Positions 54,931 through 64,000 of a DNA stretch of 64,000 nucleotides are shown here, in pieces (the stretch's first letter is position 1; every line of letters begins with the position of its first letter). Both the position numbers and the translations under genes were made by a program. The stretch covers positions 1-64,000 of the forward strand of contig JBILLK010000023.1 in the NCBI GenBank assembly GCA_044376115.1, read 5' to 3'. The stretch comes from Polyangiaceae bacterium. Lineage in GTDB: Bacteria > Myxococcota_A > Polyangia > Polyangiales > Polyangiaceae. The notes beneath the pieces were generated by a model, which made no database searches, was not told the origin of the DNA, and was given only the letters and a program-made list of their open reading frames with translations.

Positions 54931-55746
54931 TCACGCTTTGAGTAGCGTCTCTACGTCTTCATTCACGGGTGCGATACCGTTGATGAAGTCGTGGACGCGC
55001 GGGTCCCGGCTCTCCTGAAACTGACTCGGCGTTCCACAGAGCACGATTGCGCCAGAGTGGACCATTGCCATTCGATCCGAGACCGAAAACGCGCTCTTCA
55101 TATCGTGCGTAACTACGATGCTCGTCACGTCAATCGACGACTTCAGCCCCTTGATCAGATGGTTGATGCGCTCGGTGTTGATCGGGTCGAGCCCGGTCGT
55201 CGGTTCGTCGTAAAGGAGCACTTCGGGTTGAATTGCGATCGCCCGCGCAAGGCCGACACGCTTCTTCATGCCGCCTGAAAGGTCCGCGGGACGCATCCCC
55301 TCGATGCCTGGTAGCCCCACCAGGGACAACGCCCAGTCGACTCGCTCAGCCATCTCTTTGGGCGACATGGTGTCGCGATAGTGCTCGTTCAAACCGTAGG
55401 CGACGTTCTCCCCGACCGAGATCGAATCGAACAGAGCTGCACCCTGAAACAGCATCGCGATGCGGCGTCGCACGTTCGCAACGTCGCGCTCCTTCATCTT
55501 GGTCACGTCTTTCCCGTGGAACGTCACCTCGCCTGCATCAACCTCAAGCAGCCGAATCAGCAGCTTCAGCATGACGCTCTTTCCGACGCCGGAGCCTCCC
55601 ATGATGGTCAGCGTCTCACCGGGGTACACCTCGAGGCAGAGATCCCTATAGATGACCTTCGGCCCGAACGCCTTCTTGACGTGGTTGAAGCGAATCATCG
55701 GCTGCCCAGGAACAGGCGCCGTTCTTTCGCTACGGAAGGCGCTCAC
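54931..55746 (-). CDS. MlaF-type ABC transporter ATP-binding protein
   Basis: GGSGVGKS, FQGAALFDS, LSGGMKKRV, YDEPTTGLDP. Confidence 0.92.
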   Translation of the reverse strand: MSAFRSERTAPVPGQPMIRFNHVKKAFGPKVIYRDLCLEVYPGETLTIMGGSGVGKSVMLKLLIRLLEVDAGEVTFHGKDVTKMKERDVANVRRRIAMLFQGAALFDSISVGENVAYGLNEHYRDTMSPKEMAERVDWALSLVGLPGIEGMRPADLSGGMKKRVGLARAIAIQPEVLLYDEPTTGLDPINTERINHLIKGLKSSIDVTSIVVTHDMKSAFSVSDRMAMVHSGAIVLCGTPSQFQESRDPRVHDFINGIAPVNEDVETLLKA

Positions 55747-57461
55747 ATTCGCTCCGGGAGGTCTGGGAAAGCGCGTTGAATGTGGATCTCTACGCCGCCA
55801 GCATAGGTATTGCGCCGAATGACGCCGGCAAATGCAAACGACTGCCCCACGACCTGCTCGGCATGGTGGCCCCGACCAAAGTACACAGCGGAGAAGCCAG
55901 TCCCGCCGTAAACGAGTTCGAGCTTCAAGTGGCCCTTCAAGTTGCGAGCGGACCGGACCAGCGTGCCCTCGAGCAATAAGCGCGGCGCCGGATTGCCCTC
56001 TCCAAACGGCTCGAGCCGCTCAAGATCGACCAGTACATCCGCCAAATCATCACGCGGGTCCAGACGCACGTTGACGGCCCCTCGCGTGGGCCGAACTTGC
56101 CCGGCCAAGGCTTCACAGGCGCTCGCAAAGCTGCGCTCAAAGTCCGCGAGCTTTGCCTCGGTGACGTGAACTCCGGCCGCAGCCTGATGACCACCGAAGC
56201 CTGCCAAATCTCCGGCGCACATCACGAGCGCATCGTGGAGCGGAAAGCCCGCCGGACCACGCACCGAGCCGCGCCCTGTCTCGCCCTCGAGGCCAATCAC
56301 CACAGTGGGTAGCTGGGTAGCCTCCGCGATCTTACCCGCGACAATGCCAACCACACCCGGGTGCCACCCTTGACGAGCCAGCACCAACCCGGCCTTCGAC
56401 CGAAGCCCGCGTTCTGCGATCTCGGCAAGCGCCTCCGTCAGCATTTCCTCCTGCACGGCGCGACGACGCAACTGAGTCTGCTCCACGAGCGAAGCCAGCC
56501 CCATCGCAGTGGTCCGATCCTCTGTGAGCAACAGCTCCAGCGCGTCGTCTGGGTTCCCCAACCTGCCGGGTGCATTCAAGCGAGGAGCGATGCGAAACGC
56601 GATGTCCTCACTCGTAACGGTGCGCGACAAATCGATCTTTGCGAGGTCGGCGAGAGCCCGAATGCCGGGCCTCCCTCCTCGAGAAAGGACACGCAGCCCC
56701 GCGTGCACGAGCGCGCGATTGTCACTCGTCAGGGGCGCGACATCAGCGACGGTTCCGATCGCCACGAGATCGAGATAGCGGCGCAAATCTAGCTCTTTCC
56801 CAAGAGCTTGCCGCAAGCCTGCCGCGAGGGTGAGCGCCAAGCCACAGCTCGCAAGGTACTTGAACGGGAAGCTGCACTCTGGCCGGTGTGGGTTGAGAAA
56901 CGCGAACGACGGCAGCTTCTCCTTCGGCACGAGGTGATGGTCAATCACGACCGTGTCCACGTTTCGCTCGTTGAGAAACGCAATCCGCTCGTGATCACTG
57001 GAGCCGCAGTCGCAGGTGATCAGAAGACTCGGCGACGCGGTCAGAATGCGACTCACAGCCTTCGCCGAAAGGCCGTAGGCCCCTTCCGTCCGAGTGGCCA
57101 GAAAGGGCGTTACATCGCCCCCCAACGCGCGCAGGACCTGCGTGAGAATGGCGGTGGAGGTGATGCCGTCACAATCGTAGTCGCCAAAGACGGCGATGCG
57201 CTCACCCCGCCGGACTGCGCTTGCGATGCGCTCGACAGCGAGCGCTCGATCCGCCATCTCATGCGGTGGCGTGAGATGCGATAGCTTCGGGTCGAGCCAA
57301 CGAAGCAGCTTGTCGTCTTCGAGCGTCGGGTCTCGAGCCGCCACGGCGGCCAGTGCCGCCGCGCTCGTGAAGGTTAGGCGATGCGTCTCCCGCAGACGCC
57401 CCACAAGCTCCGGGTTGGCCTCGAAGACCTCCAACTCGGAGCCGAACACCGCCAAACCCAC
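55743..57461 (-). CDS. recJ: ssDNA exonuclease RecJ
   Basis: GDYDCDG, IDHH, TVADV, PRLNAPGR, FGGH, EPFGEGN. Confidence 0.92.
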   Translation of the reverse strand: MGLAVFGSELEVFEANPELVGRLRETHRLTFTSAAALAAVAARDPTLEDDKLLRWLDPKLSHLTPPHEMADRALAVERIASAVRRGERIAVFGDYDCDGITSTAILTQVLRALGGDVTPFLATRTEGAYGLSAKAVSRILTASPSLLITCDCGSSDHERIAFLNERNVDTVVIDHHLVPKEKLPSFAFLNPHRPECSFPFKYLASCGLALTLAAGLRQALGKELDLRRYLDLVAIGTVADVAPLTSDNRALVHAGLRVLSRGGRPGIRALADLAKIDLSRTVTSEDIAFRIAPRLNAPGRLGNPDDALELLLTEDRTTAMGLASLVEQTQLRRRAVQEEMLTEALAEIAERGLRSKAGLVLARQGWHPGVVGIVAGKIAEATQLPTVVIGLEGETGRGSVRGPAGFPLHDALVMCAGDLAGFGGHQAAAGVHVTEAKLADFERSFASACEALAGQVRPTRGAVNVRLDPRDDLADVLVDLERLEPFGEGNPAPRLLLEGTLVRSARNLKGHLKLELVYGGTGFSAVYFGRGHHAEQVVGQSFAFAGVIRRNTYAGGVEIHIQRAFPDLPERM

Positions 57462-57496
57462 TGGAGCTAACGATTCAGCGTAAATAACCGTCTCCG

Positions 57497-58843
57497 CTAA
57501 ACTACAGCCGCCGCGCGCTTGGCTCCACGTGTACGAGAGGGCTTGGCCTTCACAGGGCTGCTGCTCGCAAAGAACTTTCGATCAACCCACTCGGTGAACG
57601 GAGCAGCAATGTAGATCGACGAGTAGGTTCCAACTCCGATACCGACGAGCAGCACGAAGGCGAAGTCCTTGAGCACCTGCGTGCCGAAGAACAAGAACAT
57701 CAGCATCGAGGCCGCGGCCGTGGCGCTGGTGATCAGCGTTCGGCCGAACATTTCCGAAACGGAGAGATTGACGATCTCGCCGAAGCTCATACCGCGGTGC
57801 TTCGCCAGGTTCTCTCGCACACGATCGAACACCACCACCGTGTCGGTGAGGGAGTAACCAAGCACCGTCAGAATCGCCGCAACGGTCGAAAGCGTGACCT
57901 CCTTTTGGAGGACGCACATCGCCCCGAACGCAATCGCCACATCGTGAATCAAGGCGACGACCGCGCCCGGTGCAAAGCGCAAATCGAAGCGCAAGGCGAT
58001 GTACGCCATGATGAAGAACAGCGCGATGAGCACGCTCTTGAGCGCGGCGTCACGAAGCTGCTCCCCCGCCTTCGGACCAATCCATTCGATACGCAAAGGC
58101 TCGGCCGGCACGGCTGCGACAAGCTGCTGGCCGTTCGATTGCGCGGCTTTCTCGAGTTTGGTGAAGTGCTCACGCACGCCCTCCATTAGCTGCGTTCCGC
58201 GCGACTTTAGCTCGATCTCGACCTTGCGGTCACGCTCGCTGACAAGCACGACGGCCTTGGAGCCTTCCGCAACCGTGATGCCTTTGACCGTCGCGATATG
58301 GGCGCGCAGTAGGCCCATCAGCCGATCGACCTCAGCCTGGCGCGGAGTCTTACCCGTTGCGTCCGGCGTCACGTCAAAGCCATCAAGCTTCCAGTCGTAG
58401 CGCAGCGTGATCTTGTCGCCCCCAGGGCTGAACTTGATCTCGCTCGGCGAAAGCTCCTCGGTGCAGCCAGCGGGCTTGCTCTCGGAGACGCATAGACCAG
58501 CTGAAATGTTCTGCTGCTCAGCTTCCGAGATGGCGCTGACTTCCTGAACCCGGATCAAATACTGATTCGGCTTGTTGGGAACAGCGATGATCTCGGGAGC
58601 CTCGAACTGAACCGATCCGTCGTTGCCACGGATGTCTTCAACAGCCTTGCGAACGTCCTCAGCGGCCACATCGCGTTGAAACGCGATCTCGACCTCGGTG
58701 CCGCCTCGAAAGTCGGTGCCCCACTTGGGCCCGGGCTTGAAGAAGGTGATCACCGAGGCGGTGAGCAGGATGACCGACACCACGAGGAGGTGCCGCCTGT
58801 ACTTCATGAAGTCGTAAAGCTTGCCTGGTTTGATGATGTACAT
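57497..58843 (-). CDS. secF: Protein translocase subunit SecF
   Basis: GTDFRGG, HDV, GYS..DTVVVFDRVREN, GTYSSIYIA. Confidence 0.93.
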   Translation of the reverse strand: MYIIKPGKLYDFMKYRRHLLVVSVILLTASVITFFKPGPKWGTDFRGGTEVEIAFQRDVAAEDVRKAVEDIRGNDGSVQFEAPEIIAVPNKPNQYLIRVQEVSAISEAEQQNISAGLCVSESKPAGCTEELSPSEIKFSPGGDKITLRYDWKLDGFDVTPDATGKTPRQAEVDRLMGLLRAHIATVKGITVAEGSKAVVLVSERDRKVEIELKSRGTQLMEGVREHFTKLEKAAQSNGQQLVAAVPAEPLRIEWIGPKAGEQLRDAALKSVLIALFFIMAYIALRFDLRFAPGAVVALIHDVAIAFGAMCVLQKEVTLSTVAAILTVLGYSLTDTVVVFDRVRENLAKHRGMSFGEIVNLSVSEMFGRTLITSATAAASMLMFLFFGTQVLKDFAFVLLVGIGVGTYSSIYIAAPFTEWVDRKFFASSSPVKAKPSRTRGAKRAAAVV

Positions 58844-58850
58844 GACGCCC

Positions 58851-61007
58851 TCAGCCGAGACTCAAGACCTTGGCTTTTCGCCAGCGGACAACCCAGTCGA
58901 ACACGAGGCGCGTGCAGACGACGCCGGTGAACATGCTCACGATCATGCCGATGATGAGCGTGACGGCGAAACCCTTGATCGGCCCGGAGCCGTAGGTCGC
59001 CAAAATTACGCCCGCGATGAAGGTCGTGACGTGGCCGTCGACGATGGCGGAGAAAGCCCTGTCGTAACCGATGTCGACAGCCTGTCGAGGACTCTTCCCC
59101 GCTCGCAGCTCGTCACGGATGCGTTCGTTGATCAGTACGTTTGCGTCGACCGCGATACCGATCGTCAACGCCAACCCGGCGATACCGGGCAACGTCATTG
59201 AGGCGCCGAGCATGGCCAACGTAGCGACCTGCAGCACCATGTTGAAGAGCACGGCGACGATCGCGACGAATCCGGCGCGCGCGTAAACCACCAACATCAC
59301 GATGAACACGAGCACCGCGCCGAGCGCGCCGCCCTTGAGACCTTGGAGAATCGCGTCGGTACCGAGCGAAGGACCAATCTGCTGCTCGCCCTTGTAAACG
59401 ATGGGAGCCGGAAGAGCTCCGGACTTGAGCACCAGTTCGAGGTTGCCAGCGGCCTTGTGTTGCTCCTCAATCGAGCCGCTACCCATCGTGATGGTGGCTC
59501 CTCCGCCTGCGATCTTCTGGTTGATGACCGGCGCGCTTTCCACCTTTTCATCGAGCAAGATGGCGAAGCGGCGCTTGATGTTGTCACCGGTCACACGCTC
59601 GAACTGGTCTGCGCCACGAGGAGAGAACTCGAGAGCAACCAACCACCCACCGAGCCCGCCTGCGCGCTGCTCACGCTCGCGCTTGGCAGCTCGGATCATG
59701 TCGCCCGTGACGTCCGCGCGTGAGAACAGGTAGTAGGCTCGCCAGTAGACGTCCTCTTTACCGTCCCCGAGCGGCCGGCTTTCGCGCTCGAAGGCGATCT
59801 GGTGTGTGTCCGGAACGACCATGGCCTTCTCCGCCCAAGCCTTGAAGCGCTTGTAGGTGTCGTTGATCGGCTCGCCCTCCCGCGGGCGCATGATCGGATA
59901 CGGACGCGACTCAGTCTTTCCAGGTCCGAGCGGAGCATTCTCGATCGACCACTCGACGCCTGCCTCCGCGCACGACGGACAATCCTTCTGGAGGTCGGCG
60001 AAGCCGTTGGCTCCATCGTCCACCATCTTGAAGTCGAGGCGAGCGGTTTGGCTGACGAGCGCCTTGATTTCCTCGAACTGACGACGGTCCTCACCAGGCA
60101 CCTCGACCACGATGTCTTCCTCGCGGATCGATACGGCAGCTTCTTTGAGACCGAGGCTGTCGACGCGGCGCAGGATCTTGTCCTTGGCTTGGTTGACCGC
60201 GCTCTTGCGCTCCGACTCTGCAACCTCTTTCTTGATGTTGAAGCTGATCTTGCGCTTGTCAGCTGTGTCACGGACAACCGAGAGTTCCTCGGCGAACCGC
60301 ACCATCAGCTGATCATTGATCACGGCCGCGTCTTCTTCGCTGGTGAAGACCACGTTGATCTTCGACACGTCGGCGCGGGGCTTCTCGAACTTGGCTCGCG
60401 CGCTCAGCGCGTCATTCTGGGCTTGGGTCGCGAGGAAGCCATCTTCAGCGATCAGCTCCCACTTCCGCGCGACGGCCGTCTTCAGATCGTCGTAGTAGCG
60501 ATCGCGCTTGTCGCGAATTGCCTCTTGAACGTCAACCGTATACTCGACGCGAAAGCCGCCCTTGAGATCGAGACCGCGCACCAGGCGAAACGGCACGTTC
60601 GCGCGAATGAAGCGCCCGAAGCCGTCGTGACCAGCACGCCCCTCGGCGTCATACGCGGCTTGGGCTTCACTGCTCGCGTTCGGATCGTAGTCGGGCCGCG
60701 CAAAGCGTTCGTCGATGTACGTCGGGTAGAGCGCCAGGCCCGAGGCTAGGCCCAAGAAGATGCAGAACCCGACCTTGGCTCGCCAAGCGGCGTCCACGAA
60801 GTGGGTGGCTACGAATAGGGCCCACGGAATCACCATGGCCGCAAGCGCGAGCACCAGGAAAGCCTCGTACTTGGCGGCAACACCGGCAGCCGCAGCTGCC
60901 AATGCAGCCGTTCCAAGCGACCCTCGCTTGCTCTTCACACCGAGCGTGGCCAGCGCAAGAACGAGCGCGAATCCACCGAAACCGTACGCAAGATATGTGT
61001 AGACCAC
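58851..61007 (-). CDS. secD: Protein translocase subunit SecD
   Basis: GLDLKGG, IGPSLG, TLPGIAG, AVDANVLINERI, IKGFAVTL. Confidence 0.93.
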   Translation of the reverse strand: MVYTYLAYGFGGFALVLALATLGVKSKRGSLGTAALAAAAAGVAAKYEAFLVLALAAMVIPWALFVATHFVDAAWRAKVGFCIFLGLASGLALYPTYIDERFARPDYDPNASSEAQAAYDAEGRAGHDGFGRFIRANVPFRLVRGLDLKGGFRVEYTVDVQEAIRDKRDRYYDDLKTAVARKWELIAEDGFLATQAQNDALSARAKFEKPRADVSKINVVFTSEEDAAVINDQLMVRFAEELSVVRDTADKRKISFNIKKEVAESERKSAVNQAKDKILRRVDSLGLKEAAVSIREEDIVVEVPGEDRRQFEEIKALVSQTARLDFKMVDDGANGFADLQKDCPSCAEAGVEWSIENAPLGPGKTESRPYPIMRPREGEPINDTYKRFKAWAEKAMVVPDTHQIAFERESRPLGDGKEDVYWRAYYLFSRADVTGDMIRAAKREREQRAGGLGGWLVALEFSPRGADQFERVTGDNIKRRFAILLDEKVESAPVINQKIAGGGATITMGSGSIEEQHKAAGNLELVLKSGALPAPIVYKGEQQIGPSLGTDAILQGLKGGALGAVLVFIVMLVVYARAGFVAIVAVLFNMVLQVATLAMLGASMTLPGIAGLALTIGIAVDANVLINERIRDELRAGKSPRQAVDIGYDRAFSAIVDGHVTTFIAGVILATYGSGPIKGFAVTLIIGMIVSMFTGVVCTRLVFDWVVRWRKAKVLSLG

Positions 61008-61009
61008 GG

Positions 61010-61453
61010 CTAGCCCTTGCTCGCCTTCTTCGACTTATCGTCGTCGCTTGAATCCTTGGAGTCCTTGGAGTCTTTCGAGTCCTTGGAGTCTTTCGAGTCT
61101 TTCGCCTTGGCGTCTTTGGGATCAACCTCAATGCCGTCGATAGCGTCTCGACGGAAGGTCACGTTGACACCGGGAGCGAGTTCTATTTCGGCGTAGCGCT
61201 CGGTGAGTTTGATCACCTTACCTACCGCCCCGCCTCGGGTGGCCACACGAAGGCCGACCTTCAAACCGGCCTCCATCTCCTTCTGTTTCTTGTTCTGTCC
61301 ACGCATGAGGAACAGCACGAGAACGATGGGTAGAAGGAAGGGCAGGAGCCCCATGAGCCCTCCGCCCATTCCGCCACCTGCAGGCGGAGCACCGGGGGAT
61401 TCGGGAGGCGCGGCGTCGGGCGTCGACGGCTGCGATAGAAAAAGGCTGATCAT
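61010..61453 (-). CDS. yajC: Preprotein translocase subunit YajC
   Basis: TM followed by QNKKQKE...LKVG.RV.T.GG..G; directly upstream of secD. Confidence 0.85.
   Translation of the reverse strand: MISLFLSQPSTPDAAPPESPGAPPAGGGMGGGLMGLLPFLLPIVLVLFLMRGQNKKQKEMEAGLKVGLRVATRGGAVGKVIKLTERYAEIELAPGVNVTFRRDAIDGIEVDPKDAKAKDSKDSKDSKDSKDSKDSSDDDKSKKASKG
61050..61102 (-). repeat. 9-bp coding tandem repeat (SKD)n in the yajC tail
   Basis: GAGTCCTTG/GAGTCTTTC units. Confidence 0.85.
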
Positions 61454-61596
61454 GATGGTCCTGGGGGGCGCGGGCGCTGCGAGCCGGTTGCAGCTCGTGC
61501 TCCCGCTCGGGCACTCAGGCCGAAGGTCGGGAGTGCTTAATCAGTTTCAAGAGAGCAGGCAACGTCCATCGACTCCGCAAAGTCACACGGTGTCGC

Positions 61597-61625
61597 TTGA
61601 CAACCGTCAGGCGGGCGTTTAACGT
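61597..61625 (+). promoter_or_regulatory. sigma70-type promoter of tRNA-Val
   Basis: TTGACA-N17-TAACGT plus GC-rich discriminator CCGCCCC. Confidence 0.7.
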
Positions 61626-61669
61626 CCGCCCCGCTTCGCACCTCCGGGTGATGAAGCGCACGTTGACCC

Positions 61670-61741
<72 letters not shown>

Positions 61742-61760
61742 CAAATTGACGTAACGAAGA

Positions 61761-61792
61761 ACGGCGGGCTTCCCCGCCGTCTTGCTTTTGTT
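61761..61792 (+). terminator. Intrinsic terminator after tRNA-Val
   Basis: ACGGCGGG-cttc-CCCGCCGT followed by CTTGCTTTTGTT. Confidence 0.7.
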
Positions 61793-61930
61793 CTCCTTCG
61801 ATTGTCGTCTCGGTTTGTCCCTGTGGACGGGCTTCAGCCCCAACAGGGGGTCGCGCTTGAGACTTTCGCGGGGGAGCTACTAAGGCTAGATGAGGGAGCC
61901 CGCGGCTACCCGGCAACGGCTGAAACCAAA

Positions 61931-63985
61931 ATGAATAACGACTCTCCCTCCCCTGCCAAACCCCTCGCTGAGTGGTTGGCTGACGCCATCCGCAAGGATT
62001 CCACCATCATCGGAGCGAAGCTCCAGGGCCGCGTCGTGGATCTCCACACCCCCGTCGTCGTGGAAGACCCCACCAAGCTCCCGCTCGTCCGCGCAAAAGA
62101 CGAGGCTGGGATCGCGATGATTCGTCACTCGACTGCCCACATCATGGCCGACGCTGTGCAGCGAATCTTTCCGGGTACCAAGGTGACGTTTGGGCCCGCG
62201 ACGGACGGTGGGTTTTACTACGACTTCGACTCGCCGAAGGGTGCCTTCAACGACGAGGACCTCGCGAAGATCGAGGACGTGATGCGCAAGATCATTGCGC
62301 AGAACCGCCCCTTCACGCGCACCGTCGTCAGCCGTGCTGCCGCCAAAGAATTGTTCCAAAAGCTCGGCGAAAACTACAAATGTGAGCACATCGATCGCCT
62401 GCCGGAGAACGAGCCCATTTCGGTTTATAGCCACGGCTCGATCGCTGGAGCGGCGAGCGGGCACAACGAAGGTGAATGGCTCGACCTGTGTGAAGGGCCG
62501 CACATTCCCAGCGCAGGTTTCATTGGTGCAGTGAAGCTCACCAGCGTTGCCGGAGCGTACTGGCGCGGGGATGAACGAAACCCGATGCTGCAGAGGGTCT
62601 ACGGGACCTCGTTCGGCTCGCAGAAGGAGCTCGATGAGCACTTGAAGCTGCTCGAAGAGGCCAAAGCGCGAGACCATCGCAAGCTGGGCAAGGAACTCGA
62701 CCTGTTCATGTTCCACGAATGGGCACCGGCGATGCCGTTCCTGCTTCCGCGCGGGGCCTTCGTTTACAACCAGCTCGTCGCCTACATGCGCGCGCTCTAC
62801 GTCGAGTACGGATACGACGAGGTGATCACGCCGCAGGTTTTTGACAAGCGATTGTTCGAAACCAGCGGCCACCTGCCGAATTACCGCGAGAACATGTATC
62901 TCCCGATGACGGCGGAGTACCTCGATGAGGCGAGGATGTCGCTCTCGGTTGGGGTCTCTGCAGATGACCACGACTACAAAGAGAAGGACGAAGCCCGCGA
63001 CAAGGCGGTGATCAAGCACCTCTCGGAGATGGAGCGGCTCGGCCTCAAGCCGATGAATTGCCCGAGCCACTGTTTAATGTTCGCGCAGCGGCGCCGTAGC
63101 TACCGGGAGTTGCCTTGGCGTGTAGCTGACTTTGGGCGCTTGCACCGCTACGAGCGCGGCGGCGTAGTCCACGGGCTGGCGCGCGTTCGCAGCTTCTGTC
63201 AGGACGACGCACACATTTTCACTACGCCGGATCGCATGCAAAGCGAGATCGAGAGCTTCATCAAGTTGCTCTACGAGGTGTATGCGGCCTTCAAGTTCGA
63301 CCGAGTCGACATCAAGCTCGCAACGCGCCCCGACAAGCGCATCGGCTCCGATGAGCAATGGGACGCAGCCGAGAAGGCGTTGGCGGAGGCGCTGCGCTCA
63401 GCCAACCTTGAGTTCGAGGTAGCTGAGGGAGAAGGCGCGTTCTATGGCCCCAAGCTCGAGTTCCACATCCAAGACGCGCTCAAGCGGTCGTGGCAACTCG
63501 GAACGATCCAAGTGGACTACGCCCTCCCCGACCGCTTCGACCTCGACTTCGTTGGCTCGGATGGCGCCAATCACCGGCCGATCATGCTTCACCGAGCGAT
63601 CCTTGGTTCGCTCGAACGGTTCCTGAGCGTGCTGATCGAGCACGTCGGCGGCGCGTTTCCGACGTGGCTTGCACCGGAGCAGGTTGCTCTCGTGACGGTC
63701 AGCGAGAAACAGAACGAGTACGCCCAGGAGCTCTTGGGCATCTTTCAGCAACATGGCATTCGCGCCAAAGCTGACATGGGGGCCGACAAGCTCGGCGCTA
63801 AAATCCGCAACGCCCGACTGATGCGAGTGCCGTATGTCGGCGTGCTCGGCGACAAAGAGGTCGAGGGCCGCGCGATCTCACCGCGCTCCCGTGACCTCAA
63901 CAAAGATCTTGGTTCGCTGTCGCTCGACTCCTTCATTGAGTTGATCAAGAAGGAATCGCAGTTTCCGCGCGTCGGCGCCCAGTGA
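61931..63985 (+). CDS. thrS: Threonine-tRNA ligase
   Basis: RHSTAH, DLCEGPH, AGAYWRG, RDHRKLG, KPMNCPSH, QDDAH, FYGPK, HRAILGS.ER; exact start uncertain. Confidence 0.96.
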   Translation: MNNDSPSPAKPLAEWLADAIRKDSTIIGAKLQGRVVDLHTPVVVEDPTKLPLVRAKDEAGIAMIRHSTAHIMADAVQRIFPGTKVTFGPATDGGFYYDFDSPKGAFNDEDLAKIEDVMRKIIAQNRPFTRTVVSRAAAKELFQKLGENYKCEHIDRLPENEPISVYSHGSIAGAASGHNEGEWLDLCEGPHIPSAGFIGAVKLTSVAGAYWRGDERNPMLQRVYGTSFGSQKELDEHLKLLEEAKARDHRKLGKELDLFMFHEWAPAMPFLLPRGAFVYNQLVAYMRALYVEYGYDEVITPQVFDKRLFETSGHLPNYRENMYLPMTAEYLDEARMSLSVGVSADDHDYKEKDEARDKAVIKHLSEMERLGLKPMNCPSHCLMFAQRRRSYRELPWRVADFGRLHRYERGGVVHGLARVRSFCQDDAHIFTTPDRMQSEIESFIKLLYEVYAAFKFDRVDIKLATRPDKRIGSDEQWDAAEKALAEALRSANLEFEVAEGEGAFYGPKLEFHIQDALKRSWQLGTIQVDYALPDRFDLDFVGSDGANHRPIMLHRAILGSLERFLSVLIEHVGGAFPTWLAPEQVALVTVSEKQNEYAQELLGIFQQHGIRAKADMGADKLGAKIRNARLMRVPYVGVLGDKEVEGRAISPRSRDLNKDLGSLSLDSFIELIKKESQFPRVGAQ

Positions 63986-64000
63986 TCGGTGCTCATCAAG

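Noticed and set aside
61511..61540. CIRCE-like inverted repeat GCACTC...GAGTGC upstream of yajC
   Set aside because: Spacer is 14 bp rather than 9 and the TTAG/CTAA arms are incomplete
62900..63040. Intein in thrS
   Set aside because: Far too short; no C/S start or HN end

Overview
Core-genome window from a GC-rich myxobacterium. The assignment, probably Polyangiales/Sorangiineae-like, is inferred from gene content. 1-6300 holds a minus-strand rRNA operon (16S-tRNA-Ile-tRNA-Ala-23S-5S) with tandem sigma70-type promoters. The rest mixes housekeeping genes (ttcA, pepA, fbp, fabH, queE, birA, nadC, ndh, pruA, pilB/pilT, lexA, an aminotransferase, mlaD/mlaF, recJ, secF/secD/yajC, thrS, two tRNA-Val) with typical myxobacterial signalling and envelope genes: three Ser/Thr kinases, FHA proteins, a sigma54 activator, three PilZ-type proteins, TPR proteins and Cys-rich lipoproteins. 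I saw no mobile element, prophage or CRISPR array. The best candidate for an undescribed system is the compact five-gene minus-strand cluster at 37153-43038. It encodes an FHA protein, a Ser/Thr kinase, two paralogous small Cys-rich lipoproteins and a 938-aa TPR protein that appears to be flanked by two catalytically dead protease domains (caspase-like and M48-like). Other points are an inverted pair of perfect DnaA boxes in the rrn leader, several probable leaderless genes, deviations in normally conserved 23S motifs, and insertions or extensions in ThrRS, SecD and SecF. All calls are by eye; no database searches were run.
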